A stretch of 21,780 bases of DNA from Candidatus Bipolaricaulia bacterium (GTDB lineage Bacteria > Bipolaricaulota > Bipolaricaulia > RBG-16-55-9): the NCBI GenBank assembly GCA_042219045.1, contig JBDGQO010000010.1, forward strand, positions 1 to 21,780, given 5' to 3'. The first letter of the stretch is position 1, and each line of letters opens with the position of its first letter. The notes under the pieces are model-generated. The model did not search any database. It saw nothing but the letters and a program-made list of their open reading frames with translations, and was not told the DNA's origin. Both the position numbers and the translations under genes were made by a program. This document shows, piece after piece, positions 1 through 11,933 of the stretch.

Positions 1-2690
1 TCAATCCTCACCGCACACGCCTTGTACTCCGGCGTCCCGCAGATCGGGTCGAGCGCGTCGTTGGTGAGCAGGTTTGTCGGCGCCTCGTCGAAGTGGAACG
101 GCATCCAGACGACGCCCTCCTTGATCTCGCGCAGGTGGACCTCCGCGTCGACTTCCCCACGCCGGCTTGAGACCTTGACCGCGTCGCCCGCCTCCAGGCC
201 GAGACGCTCGGCGTCGGCCGGGTTCATCTCCACGTAGGAGCGCGGCACGAGCTCGTTCAGCCCATCCGTGCGTCGCGACATCGTCCCAACGTTGTAGTGC
301 TCGCGCACGCGGCCCGTCGACATGAGGAACGGGTATTCCTCATCGGGTTCCTCCTGCGGGCCCTGCTGCTTGATGCCGTGCAAGCGGCCCAGGCCGCGGG
401 CAAACTTGTCGCCGTGCAGATACATCGTGCCCGGGTGGTCCTCCGTGGGGCAGGGCCACTGGAGCCCGTCGTTCTCGTCCAAGCGAGCGTAGGTCATGCC
501 GCCGTAGCTCGGCATCAGGTTTCTCAATTCCTCGAAGACGTCGGAAGCGCTTTCGTAGTTCATAGAATAACCCATGCGGTTGGATATTTCCGCCGTGATC
601 GCCCAGTCCGGGCGCGACTGGCCGAGCGGCTCAACGGCCTTGCGGATACGCTGCACGCGGCGCTCGGTGTTGGTGTAGGTCCCGTCCATCTCCGCGAAGC
701 TGGTAGCCGGAAGCACGACGTCGGCCCGCTCGGCCGTCGGCGTCATGAACAGCTCCTGGACGACGAGGAAGTCGATGTCCTCCAGCGCCTGGCGCACCGA
801 TCCCGAGTTCGGCTCGCTCATCGCCGGGTCCTCGCCGATGCAGTAGAGCCCGCGGATGCCGCCCGCGTGGATCTTGTCCCAGAGGCCGGTGCAGAAGAGC
901 CCCTGGCCGTGATCGGGCATCGTCACGCCCCAGGCGTTCTCAAATTTTTCAATCACCTCGGGATCCTCCCAGCTTTGGTAGCCCGGAAGCACTTCGGGCA
1001 TCGCCGCCATGTCACAAGCCCCTTGGACGTTGTTCTGCCCGCGGATGGGGCTCACGCCCGAGCTCGGTTTGCCGACATGACCGGTGAGCAGTGAGAGGTT
1101 GGCCACCGAGACGACAGTCTCCACGCCGTTGCGGTGCTCGGTGATGCCGAGGCAGTAGAGGATCATCGATGGCTCGCTCGTGGCGTACATCTCCGCCGCG
1201 CGCTTGATGTCCTCGGCCGGCACGCCCGTGAGGTCTGCGACGGATTCGGGCGCGTCGTCGCGCACGACCGACCAGAACGCGTCGTAGTTCTCCGTGCGCT
1301 CGTCCATAAACGCGTCGTTGGTCCAGCCCTGAGTGACGATGTGGTGGCCGATGGCGTTGGCGAGCGCCACGTCGCTGCCCGGTCGCACTTGCAGATGGAG
1401 GTCGGCCATCTGGGCCATCTCCGTGTCGCGCGGGTCGATCACGACCAGCTTGGTGCCGTTCTGAACTGCCCGTCGGATGCGGTCGCCGATGACGGGGTGA
1501 GCCTCGGTCGGGTTGGAGCCGATGAGCAGGATGCACTCGGCGCCGTCCACCTCGCGGATGGAGTTGGTCATCGCACCGCTGCCGAAGGAGCGCGTCAGGC
1601 CGTGGACGCTGGGCGAGTGGCAGATGCGGGCGCAGTTGTCCACATTGTTGGTGCCGAAGACAGCGCGCGCGAGCTTTTGCGCCACGAAGCTCGTCTCGTT
1701 CGTGGAGCGACTGGAGGACATGACCGCAAGGCTGTTCGGGCCGTATTGATCCTTGATCTCGCTGAAGCGCGACGCAACGAGATCCAGCGCCTCGTCCCAG
1801 CTCGCCTCGACGAGTTCTCCGTTCTGTCGGATGAGCGGGGTCGTGAGTCGCTCCTCGGACGCTTGAAAATCCATGCCGAAGCGGCCCTTGACGCAGAGGC
1901 GGCCCTCGTTCGGCTGGGCCTTTCCATCGGCTTCAACCCCGACTATTCGGTCGCCACGAAGATGGAGCGTCACGCGGCAGCCGGTGCCGCAGTAGGGGCA
2001 GACGCTATCCACCGTGCGCGAGCCCTGGTGCGCGACCTTGGGCGTCAGCGCGCCCGTCGGACACCGGACGACGCACTCGCCGCAGGAGGTGCAGTTGGAC
2101 TCCACCCAGAGCGTGCCCGTGGAGGGAACGATCTGCTCCTGGAAGCCGCGGTAGGCGAAGTCGATGGCGTGGACGCCGACGTACTCGTCGCAGGTCCGGA
2201 CGCAGATACCGCAGCGGATGCACTTGTTCGGGTTGAAGGTGAAGAAGGGATTGCTGTCGTCGACGGGTTGGGGCTCGCTGAGCATGCCGCCCGCGCCGCA
2301 GTCCAGGCCGAGATAGCGCGAGACGTCCTGGAGCTGGCAGTGCCCGTCCAGCTTACAGTTGAGGCAGCCGCCCTCGTGGTCGGCCAGGATCAGCTCCAAG
2401 GTGTCGCGACGCACCGAATGGATCTCGCCCGAGTCGGTCCGCACGACCATGCCGTCCTCGGCCTCGCGCGTGCACGCCGAGATGAGCCCCCGCTGGCCTT
2501 CTATCTCGACCAGACAGAGCCGGCAGCCGCCGTAGGGCGAAACATCCGGGTGATAGCAGAGCGTGGGGATGTAGATGTCCGCGTCGAGGGCAGCTTCCAG
2601 CACCGTCTTGCCCGGTGCGGCCTCCACCGACATGCCGTCGATCGTCAGCTGCAGCGTCTGCTGTTCCGTCAAAACCGTCCCCACACCCAT
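1..2690 (-). CDS. fdhF: Formate dehydrogenase alpha subunit (FdhF/FdsA-like, Mo/W-bisPGD, Cys-ligated) with N-terminal NuoG-like Fe-S domains; 3' end truncated by the window edge
   Basis: Hand translation from ATG 2690 gives IPTLCYH..GGCRLCLVE..SAC ([2Fe-2S]), HEGGCLNC..C, CIRCGICVRTC and CTSCGECVVRCP (2x[4Fe-4S]), CPYCGTGC..LCVKGRFG, NNVDNCARICH (active site), PIRGQNNVQGACDM and C-terminal DPICGTPEYKACAVRI. The N- and C-terminal segments are in the same frame. The stop lies outside the window, which explains its absence from the ORF track. Confidence 0.93.
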   Translation of the reverse strand, partial: MGVGTVLTEQQTLQLTIDGMSVEAAPGKTVLEAALDADIYIPTLCYHPDVSPYGGCRLCLVEIEGQRGLISACTREAEDGMVVRTDSGEIHSVRRDTLELILADHEGGCLNCKLDGHCQLQDVSRYLGLDCGAGGMLSEPQPVDDSNPFFTFNPNKCIRCGICVRTCDEYVGVHAIDFAYRGFQEQIVPSTGTLWVESNCTSCGECVVRCPTGALTPKVAHQGSRTVDSVCPYCGTGCRVTLHLRGDRIVGVEADGKAQPNEGRLCVKGRFGMDFQASEERLTTPLIRQNGELVEASWDEALDLVASRFSEIKDQYGPNSLAVMSSSRSTNETSFVAQKLARAVFGTNNVDNCARICHSPSVHGLTRSFGSGAMTNSIREVDGAECILLIGSNPTEAHPVIGDRIRRAVQNGTKLVVIDPRDTEMAQMADLHLQVRPGSDVALANAIGHHIVTQGWTNDAFMDERTENYDAFWSVVRDDAPESVADLTGVPAEDIKRAAEMYATSEPSMILYCLGITEHRNGVETVVSVANLSLLTGHVGKPSSGVSPIRGQNNVQGACDMAAMPEVLPGYQSWEDPEVIEKFENAWGVTMPDHGQGLFCTGLWDKIHAGGIRGLYCIGEDPAMSEPNSGSVRQALEDIDFLVVQELFMTPTAERADVVLPATSFAEMDGTYTNTERRVQRIRKAVEPLGQSRPDWAITAEISNRMGYSMNYESASDVFEELRNLMPSYGGMTYARLDENDGLQWPCPTEDHPGTMYLHGDKFARGLGRLHGIKQQGPQEEPDEEYPFLMSTGRVREHYNVGTMSRRTDGLNELVPRSYVEMNPADAERLGLEAGDAVKVSSRRGEVDAEVHLREIKEGVVWMPFHFDEAPTNLLTNDALDPICGTPEYKACAVRI

Positions 2691-2693
2691 GGG

Positions 2694-5783
<3,090 letters not shown>

Positions 5784-5784
5784 C

Positions 5785-6243
5785 TCAGTCACTCCCGTGT
5801 TCGCTCAGAATGGCCGACACCTTGGCCGAGTTGAGATGGCCGTGAACTTCATCGTTGACCGTCATGCAGGGCGCGAGCGCGCACGCGCCGATGCAGGCGA
5901 CCGTCTCCAAGGTGTATTCGTAATCGTCGGACGTCTCGCCCTCGTCCAGGCCGAGCTGCTTCTTGGCCTCGACCAGGACGCGCGCGCCGCCGCTCACGTG
6001 GCATGCCGTGCCGCGGCAGACCTGGACGCGTTGGCGGCCTTGGGGCGTCAAGTAGAACTGCGCGTAGAACGTCGCCACGCCGTAGACCCGGCTCGGCGAC
6101 GTTCGGGTGAAGTCGGCGACCGCGTGGATGGCGTCCTCGGGCAAATAGCCTTCCTGGCGTTGGACGGCCTGCAGCAGCGGGATGATCTCCGTCGGCTCGC
6201 CCGCAAACGGCTCGAAGACCGATTCAAGAGTTTGAGATCCCAT
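5785..6243 (-). CDS. nuoE: NuoE/HydC-like [2Fe-2S] subunit (FDH gamma subunit)
   Basis: IPLLQAVQ..GYLP, GVATFYAQF, VCRGTACH and VACIGACALAP. ATG 6243 is preferred over track start 6273. It is part of the FDH operon, not complex I. Confidence 0.92.
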   Translation of the reverse strand: MGSQTLESVFEPFAGEPTEIIPLLQAVQRQEGYLPEDAIHAVADFTRTSPSRVYGVATFYAQFYLTPQGRQRVQVCRGTACHVSGGARVLVEAKKQLGLDEGETSDDYEYTLETVACIGACALAPCMTVNDEVHGHLNSAKVSAILSEHGSD

Positions 6244-6328
6244 GGTAACACAACCCTGATCGACGCGGATCAATCGCGCAAATGATCTGGGTCATAAAGC
6301 TGGGGAGACTGCCCCCCTAAGATGGCCG

Positions 6329-6390
6329 GAGGGATTGGCGCGTGGCTCCGGGCCGCGATCCGGACACGCCGATCCCTCGTTAGGAGGGAG
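6329..6390 (+). promoter_or_regulatory. Structured 5' leader: long hairpin versus an alternative SD-sequestering hairpin
   Basis: GAGGGATTGG/CCGATCCCTC, CGTG/CACG and TCCGG/CCGGA stems span 6329-6378. TCCCTC (6373-6378) can instead pair with GAGGGA (6384-6389) within the SD. Confidence 0.45.
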
Positions 6391-6392
6391 TC

Positions 6393-6686
6393 ATGGCTGG
6401 ATTCCGCCTCTGGGATAAGATCGGCATCGAAGACCTGCTCACGCACTTGACGCAGGCGACGTCGCGCACCCTGGAGCGCGACGGCGTGGAGATCGACGCT
6501 AAGACGCGTCAGGACCTGGAGCGCACCATCAAGAAGGTGCTCAACGACGACCTGTATGCCTCGCCCGCCTGCGGCACGAGCTCGCTCTGCAGCCCGAGTG
6601 AGGAAGGTCGCGCTCGGCCGTGGTCGCACAAGTCGGCGCGCTGGGGGCTCGTGTCGAATGCGGATCCGTCGTTGGAGAGGGAGTGA
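6393..6686 (+). CDS. Hypothetical protein (97 aa)
   Basis: Strong SD (AGGAGGGAG) just before the ATG. Codon usage is gene-like, with a helical N-terminal half and a C-x5-C pair. No family recognised. Confidence 0.7.
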   Translation: MAGFRLWDKIGIEDLLTHLTQATSRTLERDGVEIDAKTRQDLERTIKKVLNDDLYASPACGTSSLCSPSEEGRARPWSHKSARWGLVSNADPSLERE

Positions 6687-6692
6687 TCCCCG

Positions 6693-7034
6693 TTGGACCT
6701 GTCCTATGACCTCTTGCCCGAGCGCAGCCGCGTCGGCGTCGATCACGACGGCGGCGCTTGGCTGGTTGTCACGTACGCGCTCTCGGACCGTCCGCCGTCG
6801 GGCACGCGCCAGCAGATCGTGCCCGTGCTCAAGGCCGACCTCAAGTCGCGCGGCTCCCAACTTCTGGCGCTGGATCTGTTCGACGAGTACTTGCGCCTGC
6901 ACGTCCCCATTGAGGTCGCGCGCGGGGACGTCGAAGCGAGCCTCCAGCGAGCGCTGGGCGCGATCGAGCCTGCTCGTGAGCATGAGCCGTCCGAGGATGC
7001 CAAGGCCGCCTTGTCCCGCTTTCTCGGCGACTGA
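6693..7034 (+). CDS. Hypothetical protein (113 aa)
   Basis: TTG start preceded by GGAGAGGGAG, 6 bp after the upstream stop. Alpha/beta-like pattern. No family recognised. Confidence 0.7.
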   Translation: MDLSYDLLPERSRVGVDHDGGAWLVVTYALSDRPPSGTRQQIVPVLKADLKSRGSQLLALDLFDEYLRLHVPIEVARGDVEASLQRALGAIEPAREHEPSEDAKAALSRFLGD

Positions 7035-7068
7035 GGATCCGCTTCCATTCGGTCCTCGTGCTTAATCG

Positions 7069-7086
7069 GGCGGCTCTGAGGCCGCC
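7069..7086. terminator. Possible terminator hairpin between convergent genes
   Basis: GGCGGC-TCTGAG-GCCGCC between the stops at 7034 and 7089. No clear U-tract. Confidence 0.35.
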
Positions 7087-7088
7087 GT

Positions 7089-8180
7089 TCAGAGCAACGT
7101 CGCGAGCATGGCCGGGTCGAAATCCTGGAGCTCGGCCGCTCGTCCATGCTGTATTTGCAAGGCCCAATCGGGGTTGGCGATCTGGCCCTTGCCAAGGGCA
7201 ATCAGATCGGCATCATCCGCCCGAATGAGTCCGGCAGCGCGGTCGGGATCCTGAAGCTTGCCGACGGCGATCACGGGCAGGCCCGCAATGCCACGTGTCA
7301 GGCTCGCCAACGTCCGGTCGGTTCCCAGCGCCGGCGCCAGCGCGTCGTAGGTGGAGACGTGGAACATGTCCACGCCCGCGTCGCGCAACGTCGTCACGAT
7401 CTCGCGCAGCTCGTCGATGCCGCCTGGGAAGACATGCTCGAAGTCGTCGAGCTTCCACATGGAGAAGCGATAGAGGACCGCAAAATCGTCGCCGACAGCC
7501 TGGCGAACGGCGCGCGTGACCTCGGTCGGCAGGCGGAGGCGATTCGCGAGCGATCCGCCGTAGGCGTCGGTCCGTTGATTGGCCTCCTCCCAGAGGAACT
7601 GATCGAGCAGATACCCGTGTGCGCCGTGGATCTCCACGGCGTCGAAGCCGGCTTCCCTGGCGTTGCTCGCCGCTTGCGCAAACCCTTCGGTGGCTTGATC
7701 GATCTCGGCTCGGGTCATTGCCTGCGGCGTGGCCATGGGGGTGCCGGTCTGCTGGTGTTGGCCCTCGGAGGGAATAGCGGATGGCGCGCGCGGCGTCGTG
7801 CCCAAGACGTCGGGATCGGACAGTCGCCCCGCATGGAAGAGCTGCAACGCGATCTGGGCGCCTTCGTCGTGGACGCGCTCCACGACGTTCTGCCACCCCG
7901 TGATCTGGGCCTCGGTCACGATGCCGGGCTCGTTGAAATACCCCTTGCTGAACGCGTCGTCGGTGTACGTTCCCTCGGTGAGAACGAGCCCCGTGCCGCC
8001 GCGCGCTCGACGGGCATAGTATTCCGCCATCGCCTCAGTCGGCACGCCGTAGTCGCCCGCGCTCGTCCGGGTCATGGGGGCCATGACGATCCGATTGCGC
8101 AGCGAGAGACGCTTCAGCTCGAACGGTTCAAACAGGACGCCGGTGTCCAGTCGGCTCGGCGTTGACGTGTCGGTTGTCAT
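7089..8180 (-). CDS. NADH:flavin oxidoreductase, Old Yellow Enzyme family
   Basis: [59 protein letters not shown] 8180 has AAGGAG upstream; the track start 8255 is less likely. Confidence 0.93.
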   Translation of the reverse strand: MTTDTSTPSRLDTGVLFEPFELKRLSLRNRIVMAPMTRTSAGDYGVPTEAMAEYYARRARGGTGLVLTEGTYTDDAFSKGYFNEPGIVTEAQITGWQNVVERVHDEGAQIALQLFHAGRLSDPDVLGTTPRAPSAIPSEGQHQQTGTPMATPQAMTRAEIDQATEGFAQAASNAREAGFDAVEIHGAHGYLLDQFLWEEANQRTDAYGGSLANRLRLPTEVTRAVRQAVGDDFAVLYRFSMWKLDDFEHVFPGGIDELREIVTTLRDAGVDMFHVSTYDALAPALGTDRTLASLTRGIAGLPVIAVGKLQDPDRAAGLIRADDADLIALGKGQIANPDWALQIQHGRAAELQDFDPAMLATLL

Positions 8181-8290
8181 GGCGGACTCCTTTGTGGACG
8201 CCAGGATAAGGGTTACGTCTGTCGCGACCAGCATGCCGCGCGCGTTGGCCGCCATCCGTAAGGTGGCTTACGGCTTCCGCGCGGCGACCC

Positions 8291-8319
8291 TTGACGTGGC
8301 TGTGGCGCATCGATACGTT
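8291..8319 (+). promoter_or_regulatory. Sigma70-type promoter for copA-csoR
   Basis: TTGACG (8291-8296), 17 bp spacer, TACGTT (8314-8319). Confidence 0.65.
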
Positions 8320-8325
8320 GAGAGT

Positions 8326-8343
8326 CCACCCCACCGGGGGTGG
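8326..8343. promoter_or_regulatory. CsoR operator (C-tract/G-tract inverted repeat)
   Basis: CCACCCC-ACCG-GGGGTGG sits over the predicted transcription start, upstream of copA-csoR. C/G-tract palindromes are typical CsoR sites. Confidence 0.7.
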
Positions 8344-8379
8344 GATAAGCTGCTCGATTTGGAGTCAGGGAGGGTCGGC

Positions 8380-10926
8380 ATGACGGAGCGGAGCGACACC
8401 CCACAGAAGCTTGAACTGCCCATCGAGGGCATGAACTGCGGCGCCTGCGTCAACCACGTCGACAAGGCATTGGCAAGCGTCGACGGCGTGAGCGATGTGC
8501 AGGTCAACCTCAGCACCGAGAAAGCCGCTGTTGAGTTGTCCCATGGGGCCGTCTCGCTTGAGGCGCTGCAAAAGGCTGTTCAGGACGCTGGCTATGACAT
8601 CTCGACCGAGCAGTGGACGCTCGGCATCGGCGGCATGAACTGCGGCGCCTGCGTCAATCACGTCGATAAGGCGCTGACAAGCGTGCCCGGCGTGCTCTCG
8701 GCCAACGTCAATCTGGCAACCGAGAGCGCCCAAGTGACGCTCGTCCCTGGCGAGGCTGCGGTCGACGAACTGAAGCAGGCCGTCGGGAACGCCGGCTACG
8801 AGGTCACTTCCTTGCCTGAGGATCAAGCGGCCGAATCCCAAGCGGACAAAACCGAGCGCAAGGTCCAAGACGCCCGTCGCAAAATGTGGACCGCGTGGGC
8901 GTTCACGATCCCCATCGTCGCCTGGATGATCCCGGAGATGGTCTTCGGCCTCGCATGGCCGAGCCTGCTGGCTTACCAGCTCGGCATGATTGCGCTGGCG
9001 TTGCCCGTGCTCGCCTGGGCCGGCCAGGCGACGTATTCCAGTGGGATCCGCTCGTTGCGCCACGGCGCGGCCAACATGGACACGCTGATCGTGCTCGGCA
9101 CGGCGGCGTCGTTCGTGACGGGGCCGCTATCGCTCGTCATGCCGATTGCGAACTACGCGGGCGTGGCCGCGATGATCATGGCGTTCCATCTGACGGGGCG
9201 CTACGTCGAGGAGTCCGCCAAGGGTCGCGCCTCGCAGGCCATTCGGAAGCTGTTGGAGATGGGCGCCAAGACCGCCCGCGTCGAGCGCGATGGCGACGAG
9301 GTGGACGTGCCCGTTGGCCAAGTCGAGGTCGGCGACGTCATGGTCGTGCGGCCGGGCGAAAAGATTCCCACCGACGGCGTCGTTCTGGAGGGCGAAAGCG
9401 CCATTGACGAGTCGATGGCGACGGGCGAGTCCATGCCGGTGACGAAGACGGGCGACGACGAGGTCATCGGCGCGACCGTGAACCAAGAAGGCCTCTTGAA
9501 GGTCGAGGCAACCCGCGTCGGGACGGACACGTTCCTGAGCCAAGTGATCAAGCTCGTCGAAGAGGCCCAAGGGACACGAGTGCCCATCCAGGGCGTGGCG
9601 GACCGGATCACGGGCGTCTTCGTGCCCATCGTCATGGGGACCGCGGCCGTGACGTTTCTCCTCTGGCTGCTGGTTCCCGACGCCATGACCCCCTTGCTGC
9701 AAGCCGGCTCCTTCCTGCCCTGGGTCGTGCCCGACTTGGGCGTGTTGACCTTGGCCATTGCGGCGATGGTGGCCGTTCTGGTCATTGCTTGTCCGTGTGC
9801 GCTCGGGCTGGCCACGCCGACGGCGTTGATGGTCGGCAGCGGCCTCGGCGCGGAGAACGGGATTCTCATCCGCTCGGGGGAAGCGATCCAGACGCTCAAG
9901 GACATTGGCACGGTCGTCTTCGACAAGACGGGGACGATTACCAAGGGCCACCCGGAAGTCACCAACGTGCAACCGATCGACGGCGTCGATGCTGAGGAGC
10001 TGCTGAGGTTGGCCGCTTCCGCTGAGCGCGGCAGCGAGCATCCGCTGGGCCAAGCCATCGTCGCGCGGGCCCAAGCATCGGGCGCCGAGTTGGCCGATCC
10101 AGCGGCCTTCAATGCCGTGCGCGGCCGAGGCATCACGGCCACGATCGAGGGCCGCGAGGTCCTCGTCGGCTCGCAGCAGCTCATGCGCTCCCACGATGTG
10201 GACGTGGCCGACCTGGACGAGACGCGGGCCGAGTTCGAGGACGCGGCCAAGACGGCCATGCTCGTCGCCGTCGATGGGCAAGCTTACGGCGTGATCGCCG
10301 TGGCCGACACGCTCAAGGACGACGCCAAGGCAAGCATCGATGCGCTCCATCGCTTGGGCGTGCGGACCGCGATGATCACGGGCGACAACGAGCGGACGGC
10401 GGACGCCATTGCCGAACAGGTCGGCATCGATCACATCGTGGCCAACGTGTTGCCCGATGGAAAAGTCGACGAGGTCAAGTCGCTCCAGGACGAGTTTGGC
10501 CGCGTGGCGTTTGTCGGCGACGGCATCAACGATGCGCCCGCGCTGACCCAGGCCGACGTCGGCCTCGCCATCGGCACGGGCACCGACATTGCGATTGAAG
10601 CCAGCGACGTGACGCTGGTGCGCGGGGAGCTGTCGAGTGTGGTGGAAGCGATCAACCTCTCCCGGGCGACGTTCCGAAAAATTCAGCAGAACCTGTTCTG
10701 GGCGTTCGCCTACAACCTCGTCATGGTGCCGCTCGCGATTATCGGTTGGATGCACCCTGTCTTGGCCGAGATCGCCATGGCGACGAGTTCGGTCACCGTC
10801 GTGACCAATGCCAATACGCTACGGCGCGTCCGCATCGCCATGCCACGCCCGCGACAGCCGTCGACATCGGCCGGCGAAGACGCTCCACAGCCGACCCCGG
10901 TCCATAAGGAGGGCTCCCATGCCTGA
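8380..10926 (+). CDS. copA: Cu(I)-translocating P1B-1 ATPase with two N-terminal HMA domains
   Basis: Two GMNCGAC motifs, [33 protein letters not shown] in the TM region and MxxSS. ATG 8380 follows SD AGGGAGGG; the track start 8074 overlaps the OYE gene. Confidence 0.95.
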   Translation: MTERSDTPQKLELPIEGMNCGACVNHVDKALASVDGVSDVQVNLSTEKAAVELSHGAVSLEALQKAVQDAGYDISTEQWTLGIGGMNCGACVNHVDKALTSVPGVLSANVNLATESAQVTLVPGEAAVDELKQAVGNAGYEVTSLPEDQAAESQADKTERKVQDARRKMWTAWAFTIPIVAWMIPEMVFGLAWPSLLAYQLGMIALALPVLAWAGQATYSSGIRSLRHGAANMDTLIVLGTAASFVTGPLSLVMPIANYAGVAAMIMAFHLTGRYVEESAKGRASQAIRKLLEMGAKTARVERDGDEVDVPVGQVEVGDVMVVRPGEKIPTDGVVLEGESAIDESMATGESMPVTKTGDDEVIGATVNQEGLLKVEATRVGTDTFLSQVIKLVEEAQGTRVPIQGVADRITGVFVPIVMGTAAVTFLLWLLVPDAMTPLLQAGSFLPWVVPDLGVLTLAIAAMVAVLVIACPCALGLATPTALMVGSGLGAENGILIRSGEAIQTLKDIGTVVFDKTGTITKGHPEVTNVQPIDGVDAEELLRLAASAERGSEHPLGQAIVARAQASGAELADPAAFNAVRGRGITATIEGREVLVGSQQLMRSHDVDVADLDETRAEFEDAAKTAMLVAVDGQAYGVIAVADTLKDDAKASIDALHRLGVRTAMITGDNERTADAIAEQVGIDHIVANVLPDGKVDEVKSLQDEFGRVAFVGDGINDAPALTQADVGLAIGTGTDIAIEASDVTLVRGELSSVVEAINLSRATFRKIQQNLFWAFAYNLVMVPLAIIGWMHPVLAEIAMATSSVTVVTNANTLRRVRIAMPRPRQPSTSAGEDAPQPTPVHKEGSHA
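8428..8672 (+). repeat. 41-bp direct repeat encoding the two HMA metal-binding loops
   Basis: 8428-8468 and 8632-8672 match at 39 of 41 positions. Both differences are synonymous. Confidence 0.85.
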
Positions 10927-11254
10927 GCTCGACGCGACCGTCCAGACCCATCCCGACTCAACGCCGGATAAGGGCAGCCTTGCCGAAGCGCCTCAAACGA
11001 AGCACGAGGCGCATCGGCTCGCTCGCACCGTCTCCGGACATATCCACGGCATCGAGACGATGATCACCGAAGAACGTTACTGCATCGATATTTTAAAGCA
11101 GATCGCCGCCGTGCGCGGGATGCTCTCCAGGCTGGCCGACGAGGTCAGCGAAAGCCACATGAAGCACTGCGTACGAGAGGCCATTGACGAGGGCCACGGC
11201 GACGAGAGGATCGAAGAGCTGATGGAGACGCTCAAGTACCTGCGCAGCGTCTGA
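10919..11254 (+). CDS. csoR: CsoR-family copper-sensing repressor
   Basis: [31 protein letters not shown] gives the C-H-C fingerprint. ATG 10919 follows AAGGAGGG and overlaps the end of copA. Confidence 0.92.
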   Translation: MPELDATVQTHPDSTPDKGSLAEAPQTKHEAHRLARTVSGHIHGIETMITEERYCIDILKQIAAVRGMLSRLADEVSESHMKHCVREAIDEGHGDERIEELMETLKYLRSV

Positions 11255-11295
11255 GAACTCGTTAGCCGGGACCTCCAGCTCGGGGCAATGGTGCC

Positions 11296-11685
11296 ATGTC
11301 CGTTCAAATGGAGATCCAGATGATGCTCGGTAAGGTCCAGTCAGCCGGGCAGACGCTCTTGCAACGTCAACGGGAGCTGCACGGCTTCCTCTGCGGTTGG
11401 CAGGGCAACCCCGAAGCATTGGGAGCTGATATGACATCCTGTGAACAAGCCCTCAATAAGGCCCGATGATGGGCGATCGCATGCCGGGCCGCGACAACCC
11501 GTCTGGCCAAGGCGGCGGCATGCACGGCAACGACCCCCTGACGAACTCCGGCCAGATGGGGGGCTCAGCGAGGCCCGTCAGCGGGGATCCGTGCCGGCAT
11601 CGGCCCCATCTTCATGGAGCACATGGAAACATGGCAGCAGGTGATCGGGGAGAAGCTGGATCGGCTCCCGGATCAGTCCTCGTAA
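11296..11685 (+). pseudogene. Probable frameshifted remnant of a helical protein with a Met/Gly-rich linker
   Basis: Three protein-like pieces in alternating frames: 11296-11469 (MSVQMEIQMML..ELHGFLCGWQGNPEAL..EQALNKAR*), from 11466 (MMGDRMPG..GGGMHG..GQMG) and a tail to 11685 (GPIFMEHMETWQQVIGEKLDRLPDQSS*). A terminator follows. Confidence 0.45.
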
Positions 11686-11736
11686 GCGACGGTCGACAGC
11701 GAGTGACGATTATCGACAGTGCCAGAGACGGGCGCG

Positions 11737-11767
11737 AGGGCGGAGCCGACATGAGCTCCGCCCTTTT
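11737..11767 (+). terminator. Rho-independent terminator
   Basis: Perfect 10-bp stem AGGGCGGAGC-N8-GCTCCGCCCT followed by TTT. Confidence 0.75.
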
Positions 11768-11810
11768 GCTTCGTACGGAGCCGCCATAGAATCAAGGCGG
11801 AGGTGTTCGC

Positions 11811-11933
11811 ATGGCGCCAATGCGTGACGACATGGACGCGCACGTGTCTGATCAATGGCGGCAAGAGACAGCCCAGATTCAAGCCAGCGTGGCTGAGGCT
11901 GAGGGCTCGGGATTGATATGTCACCATCATTGA
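11811..11933 (+). CDS. Possible 40-aa small ORF
   Basis: TAGAAT (11787-11792) and SD GGAGGT precede ATG 11811. It encodes MAPMRDDMDAH..GLICHHH* and overlaps the next gene by 16 bp. Confidence 0.3.
   Translation: MAPMRDDMDAHVSDQWRQETAQIQASVAEAEGSGLICHHH

Noticed and set aside
1620..1622. Selenocysteine recoding or SECIS in the FDH
   Set aside because: The active-site codon is TGC.
6256..6273. FNR-like site TTGAT..ATCAG upstream of the nuoE-like gene
   Set aside because: The spacer is 8 bp rather than 4 bp.
8074..8379. N-terminal extension of CopA in the ORF track
   Set aside because: It overlaps the OYE gene and the promoter/operator, and the SD supports ATG 8380.
9127..10755. Long minus-strand ORFs inside copA
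   Set aside because: Antisense shadow ORFs.
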